Origin: Fistulifera solaris
Taxonomy: Eukaryota
Reading direction: 5' to 3'
Assembly: GCA_030295235.1 (NCBI GenBank)
Contig: AP026128.1
Span: 868,001 to 932,000, forward strand
DNA: 64,000 nucleotides
Shown here piece by piece: positions 58,432 to 64,000 of the stretch. The notes beneath the pieces were generated by a model. The model was not told the origin of the DNA. It saw nothing but the letters and a program-made list of their open reading frames with translations, and made no database searches. The translations under genes and the position numbers were made by a program. The number at the start of each line of letters is the position of its first letter. Within the stretch, counting starts at the first letter, position 1.

Positions 58432-61400
58432 ATGTCAATGTCTAATTCGTTTTCGACAAACTGGCGCATGAAACATCCCTCGCTTCCCAAAACACTACTT
58501 GATGACGAATCAGACGAGCAACTAAAGCATGTGAACAATCTGTTTAAAAAGGGATCTTTGATAGGCGCTGCTATTTGGGTGTTTTTGCTCTTTCTAGTTC
58601 TCCGCTACTCGCCTGCCGAGAGCTATGAAGAACCTTGGGGACTAGAACAAACAACACATCTTATTGTCTGCGTTGTTCTTTGCGCATCGAATGGATCAAG
58701 AATTGTGCCGATATTTCTACGAGAACTGAATTTCCGCTTTATGAAAAGTGGTTTTCTCGCAAGTGCTTTATCTGTACAAGTGATTGCTATCGTTTCGAAT
58801 TTCATCATGTGGTATGTTCCAAGTCCAGTGCTGGTTGATGAATACAGCGGTTTGCGGTTTCACATGGTGCGCTGGGCAGAGTGGACAGCCTTGGCATTTA
58901 TCATGACGTTCTTGACGTGTAATCTCAACGCAACGAGCGGCTCAGAACAGGGAAAAGTAAACTTTGTCTATCCCACATTGCTAGCACTGAGTACGCTTTG
59001 TGGAATGCTTTTTCCACTATGTCATGACGCTACCTCATGGTGGATTGTTATGACATTCGCGTGGCTTTCTTTCAATGCGATCTACGTCCTCAGTATATCG
59101 ACGAAGAAAAAACGTACGCTTTTCATCAGAAGACTATCGAGAATACAACAAATTCATCACCTCACGAAGCAAACATTGACCTCTCTCGATCTGCTTACAA
59201 TTTGGCGCTTGCGTGCGCGTCGACGTGGACGATGCTCTCTGTTGTTTTCACCTTTATGTGCTTTACCAATAAGGTTGCTCCGCCTGAAAGCTGGTTGAAT
59301 CATCCTGCGAATCCAGTAATATTCACTCGCGACCTTCGAGGTCGCATCGAAGGTGATCTACCTTGGCTGTGTTTTTGATACATACGACAAGGTGTTTGAC
59401 GAAAAAGCTATCGCACTTCGCCGTTTAGAAGAAATGAGAAACTTTATGTGTGCGGTGTGGACGTCGTCGTCAGATGCAATTGTTTACGTTCTGGATGGAA
59501 ACGATCACATAAGCGCCAGAATCAGTCCTGCTTTTCTCAGGTTGATTGGAGTTGCCAGCGGAAGAGCTTGTTCGCTTTTGAGACGAGGAGATGTTTCGCT
59601 GATTATCGATATATCACCCAGCAAAGGTATCTTTCACGTTTTCGCCATGGATCTGACAAAAGAAGTAACACGGGAAGACGTTACGAACGCCCTTAACGCA
59701 AAAAAGTTAGTCTTCGAGCAAAAGGAAGACCTGACAATTGACGAGGCAAACATCGTGGGCGTCGCCGAACTTATTCTTCATGAGACGAAAGTGCCTGGAC
59801 GAACCATGAAAGTCTTTCATAAGATCGAAAACGACCTAAAAGTGAGCATCCCGTGCGAGGCGACAGTGGCGGATCTTGAAGGGAACAGCAGGGTGGTTGT
59901 TCTTCGTGATATCTCTGATAGGCTGCAGCGCTTTGAAGCCGAAAAGCTCTTAATTGAAGAAGTGACATCGCGAAAGAAAGACACCGAAGCGAATAACTTC
60001 ACGCGACATGAAGTAAAGAATGGCATCTTGGCCTCCATAGGCATCCTAGACCATATCAGAGAGCTGATGCCCCAGGTGACTGTACCCAAGGGTGCAAGTG
60101 AACCATTCGTGGAGGGTTCTAGCCAAAAAGATCAAGTAACTGATGCACTCACCGAGCTCGACAGCACCCTCCGTGACATACTAGACACGATTCATGATGA
60201 AGCAATGGCAAAGAAATCATTTACGGCGAATACGCCCCCAGAAAAGATGTTTTAAGAGTCCGTGACGTTTTGGATTCAATACGACAGTGTGGAGCATCAA
60301 AAGGTTTCCTTTGCATATCAAACCCCACTTTCCTCGTGTGTATCTCGACCGTCAGCTTCTCCGGTACATCTATCGAAACGCTCTATCCAATGCATGCAGG
60401 TATGGGCAGCACGGTGGAACCGTGGAAAGTTTTGTGCACTACGACCAAGGCACGCGTATTTTTACCCTGAAAGTGACAAATCTACCCGGGGAAGGTCATG
60501 AAGAGCTTTTGGAGTTGGATGATGACCAAGTACGCAGCATATTCGAACCGGGCGTGCGACTTGCTCAGAACCACCACCCTTCTGCCAAGAATGCACAGGC
60601 TATCAACAAAGAATCATCGGGCAATGGTGCGTGGATCATGCAGAAGTGCGCAGAATGTCTCGGCGGCTCGTGCAGTATGCAATTTGACGAGAACGGTGCA
60701 ACTTTCACCTTCGTATGTACAATCGACGCTGAGGAACGCCCGTCGCCGACATCAAAAACCACATTCTGTCTTCCAGCAGGCACATGGGGTATCTTCATTG
60801 ATGATTCTGGAATTCAGCGGAAGCTAATGGATCGATTTCTTGCTCAAGCAGGAATTGAGCAGTCCCGACGAGTTATCCTCGGTGCCAACGCCGACGAAGT
60901 TTACTGCTTTGTCGACACCGTAATCAAGCTTGTGAGCGAAAACCCGAATGACAAGTTTCTGCTAATAGCTGACGAGAATCTGGACATCGAATTCGATGGT
61001 CAGAGGAACGCTACTGTTTCTGGTTCCTTATGTGTTGAACAAATCATAGGGAAGCTCGATGAGAAGTCGGAGAAGCGACTGCTTGCGCTTATTCGGAGCG
61101 CGAATGACTCTTTGTCAGATCTGAACCTTTACAGAAATCGGTCTCATGGCGTTTTAATGAAGGAGCCATTTAAGAAGGGGGATGTCCTCGGCATAATTAA
61201 ACCGTTCTGGTATAACCGCTTTTCAGAAGAAGAAACAACAGATACCGCTGAATCTGCAATTTATGAAGGTAGCGATGAATTTCAGCTACACGGGCCCTCT
61301 GAAGAGGATCTGCGCGAATCTTTACGGGTAATCAGAGCACTGTTGTCGGTTGAAAACAATGAAAAGCTGCGAAGAAGATGGCACCCTCTCCGTGACCGTC

Positions 61401-61570
61401 TGCACGCCCTGAAAGGGGATCTTATGAGCATGATGGCGAAAGATAAACTTGCTGATGTAATGAAACACATTGATAAGTTCCTCGCCTGCTCTGTATTTCC
61501 TGAAAGCTTTTTGATTGATTGGGAAGCAGTCGAGCAGATTGTGGAGTACGCTCTCGCGGAAAGTCCTTGA
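58432..61570 (+). CDS. Hybrid histidine kinase: rhodopsin-like 8-TM domain + PAS + HisKA + HATPase + receiver + HPt (4 apparent single-base frameshifts near 59090, 59328, 60210 and 60300)
   Basis: 'HMVRWAEW'; 'FEVASKVIY' (Lys codon 59350-59352); PAS/PAC 'SSDAIVYVLD...VVVLRDISDR'; H-box 'FTRHEVKNG'; N-box 'IYRNALSNACRYG'; 'SSGNGAWI'; receiver 'IDDS...IADENL...RSAN...K'; HPt 'LHALKG'. Confidence 0.85.
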
Positions 61571-62355
61571 GACCTTTATAATAAGGTAAACCGGCATAAA
61601 ATTAGACAGCATTTTGTAAACAAACGTTTCAGCCTGATTTCTCTCCTCTCATCTCCCACCATTAGCGCTCAGAGGTAGTTAAAACGAATTTTTATTTCTA
61701 CCGTCCGTCGAGGTAATATGGTCGCTCATGAAGATTGTCGAGTGCGAGCAACGAAGCCGAGGGGAGAGGTACGTGATGCACCTGGTAAGCAGCAGGCCGT
61801 TTTTGGGCTGCGGTCAATCAAGAGACCGATGATCTCATTCTCCCGCGCTTCATGAGTTTGCGTCTCGTTATGGGAATTGTTGGAGCGCAGATGCAAATCA
61901 TCATAATTACCTTGGCAATACGTCAACAGTTGTAATGCAATGGAATGTCATAATCATCGAGACGAGGGTGGACGGATGGAGCGGGATTCAAGCATCAAGC
62001 AAGACTCAAAACTCAAATGACTGGAAAAGGTATCTGTATTAGGTAAAGTGTACACAACTTTTTCTAAAAAAGACTACTCAGAAATCAGAAGTTACTCCGG
62101 TCTACAAACACACTTTAAACGTCACAGTACACGTGGGCGTAAATATGAATTAATTACGGGAAAGAACATGGCGATGACCGATTGCCCACGCCAATCGACA
62201 ATACCTGGTAAAATAATGCTCCGCGATCTCCGATTCTCATGAAACTCCGAACGAATAAAGCTTTGCTTTCCTCTTTAACCTCCTTTCCTTCACAGCTACA
62301 TCACAATCCGTAATTTGCCGAGTTACGACGCCACAAGAGTGGATCCGACTCGACC

Positions 62356-64000
62356 ATGTCCTCTTCAAGCATCGCCAGCGGTCGAACAAGGCATCCATCG
62401 TTGCCGAAAACATTGCTTGATGATGAAGCAGATGCAAGAGTAAAGGTTGTTGATCGCCTCTTCAAAAAAGGCGCTTTGATAGGCGCAGCAATTTGGTTGT
62501 TGTTGCTCTTCTTGGTCCTCCGTTATTCGCCAATCGATAGCTATGAAGAACCGTGGGGGCTGGAGCAGGCTACGCATTTCATCGTCTGGGTTGTTCTGTG
62601 CGCATCGAATGGATCAAGAATAGTCCCCCTTCTTCTCCGCGAAATGGATCTCAGCTTTATAAAAGTGGTTTTCTCGCAAGCGCCCTTTCTGTGCAAGCAA
62701 TTGCCATTGTTTCCAATTTCATCATGTGGTATTTTCCGAGTCCAGTGTTGATAGATGAGTACAGTGGCTTGCGGTTTCACATGGTGCGCTGGGCAGAGTG
62801 GACAGCCTTGGCATTTATTATGACGTTTTTGACGTGTAATTTGCAAGCAGCTGTCCAGCAAGGAGAGGGGAAAGTGAATTTTGTCTATCCCACATTGCTG
62901 GCATTGAGTACGTTTTGCGGGATGCTTTTTCCACTTTGTCGTGATGCTACTTCATGGTGGATCGTTATGACAGTCGCGTGGCTTTGTTTCAATGCAATCT
63001 ACGTCCTCGTCTATCGACGAAGGTCAGTTTATTATCTTCACAAAATAACTTTCGAAGACGCGACAGTTTCATTACCACACGAAGCAAACATCGACCTCTC
63101 TCGATCTGCATATAATCTGGCGCTAGCTTGCGCATCGACGTGGACGATGCTCTCCGTTGTCTTTACATTCATGTGCTTTACGAACAAGCTTGCCCCGACC
63201 GACAGCTGGCTGAATCATCCTGCAAATCCAGTAGTATTCACCACGTTTTTCGAGATTGTATCCAAGGTCATTTACCTGAGTTGCATCTTTGAAACGTACG
63301 ACAAGGTGTTTGACCAGAAAGCTATCGCATTTCGCCGTCTAGAAGAAATGAGGAATTTCATGTGTGCGGTGTGGGCGTCGTCGTCAGATGCCATTGTTTA
63401 CGTGCTGGATGGGAACGATCATATCAGCGCCAGGATCAGTCCTGCGTTCCTTAAGTTGATTGGGGTGACCAGCGGAAGGGCTTGTTCTCTTTTGGGACGA
63501 GGGGATGTTTCTTTGATTATCGATATATCACCGAGCAAGAGTTCCTTTACTGTCTTCGCCATGGACTTGACGAAAGAAGTAACACGCGAGGACGTGACGA
63601 ATGCCCTTAATGCGAAGAAGTTCCTCTTTGAGCAAACAGAAGACGTGACGGTCGACGAAGCAAACATTGTGGCAGTCGCTGAGTTGATACTTCACGAGAC
63701 CAAGATACCCGGACAAACCATGAAAGTCTTTCACAAGATCGAACATGACCTGAGAGTGAGCATTCCGTGCGAGGCGACAGTGGCTAATCTTGAAGGCAAT
63801 AGCAGAGTGGTTGTTCTTCGCGACATTTCTGATAGATTGCAGCGCTTTGAAGCCGAAAAGCTACTTATTGAAGAAGTGACATCGCGAAAGAAAGATACCG
63901 AAGCAAATAACTTCACGCGGCATGAAGTAAAGAATGGCATCTTGGCCTCCATAGGCATTCTGGATCATATCAAAGAGTTGATGGCTCAACGAAGGGTCAT
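62356..64000 (+). CDS. Second, paralogous rhodopsin-like histidine kinase (3' truncated by the window; apparent frameshift near 62660)
   Basis: Co-linear with 58432-60070. After the indel the frame stays open to the window end: 'HMVRWAEW', 'STWTMLSVV', 'FEIVSKVIY' (Lys codon 63264-63266), PAS and 'FTRHEVKNG'. Confidence 0.85.

Noticed and set aside
58432..59430. Ion-pumping rhodopsin or heliorhodopsin
   Set aside because: There is no proton-donor residue at the D96-equivalent position, and the domain is fused at its C-terminus to cytosolic kinase domains after an extra N-terminal helix. This fits an enzymerhodopsin-type sensor better.
1..64000. rRNA, tRNA genes, or prokaryotic operons and defence systems
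   Set aside because: None recognised; gene content and spliceosomal introns are eukaryotic throughout.

Overview
Gene-dense eukaryotic genomic DNA with short GT-AG introns. It is very probably from a diatom, because several nuclear genes carry bipartite signal + ASAFAP-type plastid-targeting leaders. About 30 protein-coding genes are recognisable, mostly housekeeping: Vps39-like, plastid NFU, Sin3, Phe hydroxylase, Nop14, Tic22, a BIG-type Sec7 ARF-GEF, ceramide synthase, GMC oxidoreductase, PDK, PIG-W, Sec61beta, Pex13, a USP and eIF3d. Many ORFs are broken by single-base indels, mostly in homopolymers, which look like assembly errors. The most striking element is at the right end: two tandem paralogous hybrid histidine kinases. 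Their N-terminal 8-TM domain carries microbial-rhodopsin hallmarks (helix-C RWAEW, helix-F Trp, helix-G E-x-x-S-K lysine). In the complete copy it is followed by PAS, HisKA, HATPase, receiver and HPt domains, making it a candidate light-sensing phosphorelay. Other notable items are a Vps39-like protein ending in a gamma-COP appendage-like domain, a small complexin-like protein, a TTAA-flanked non-autonomous DNA transposon, two tandem satellites (227 bp; 431 bp higher-order), a dispersed 21-bp palindrome, an NPPY amino-methyltransferase and candidate intronic snoRNAs. All family calls come from motif recognition by eye; no database search was run.
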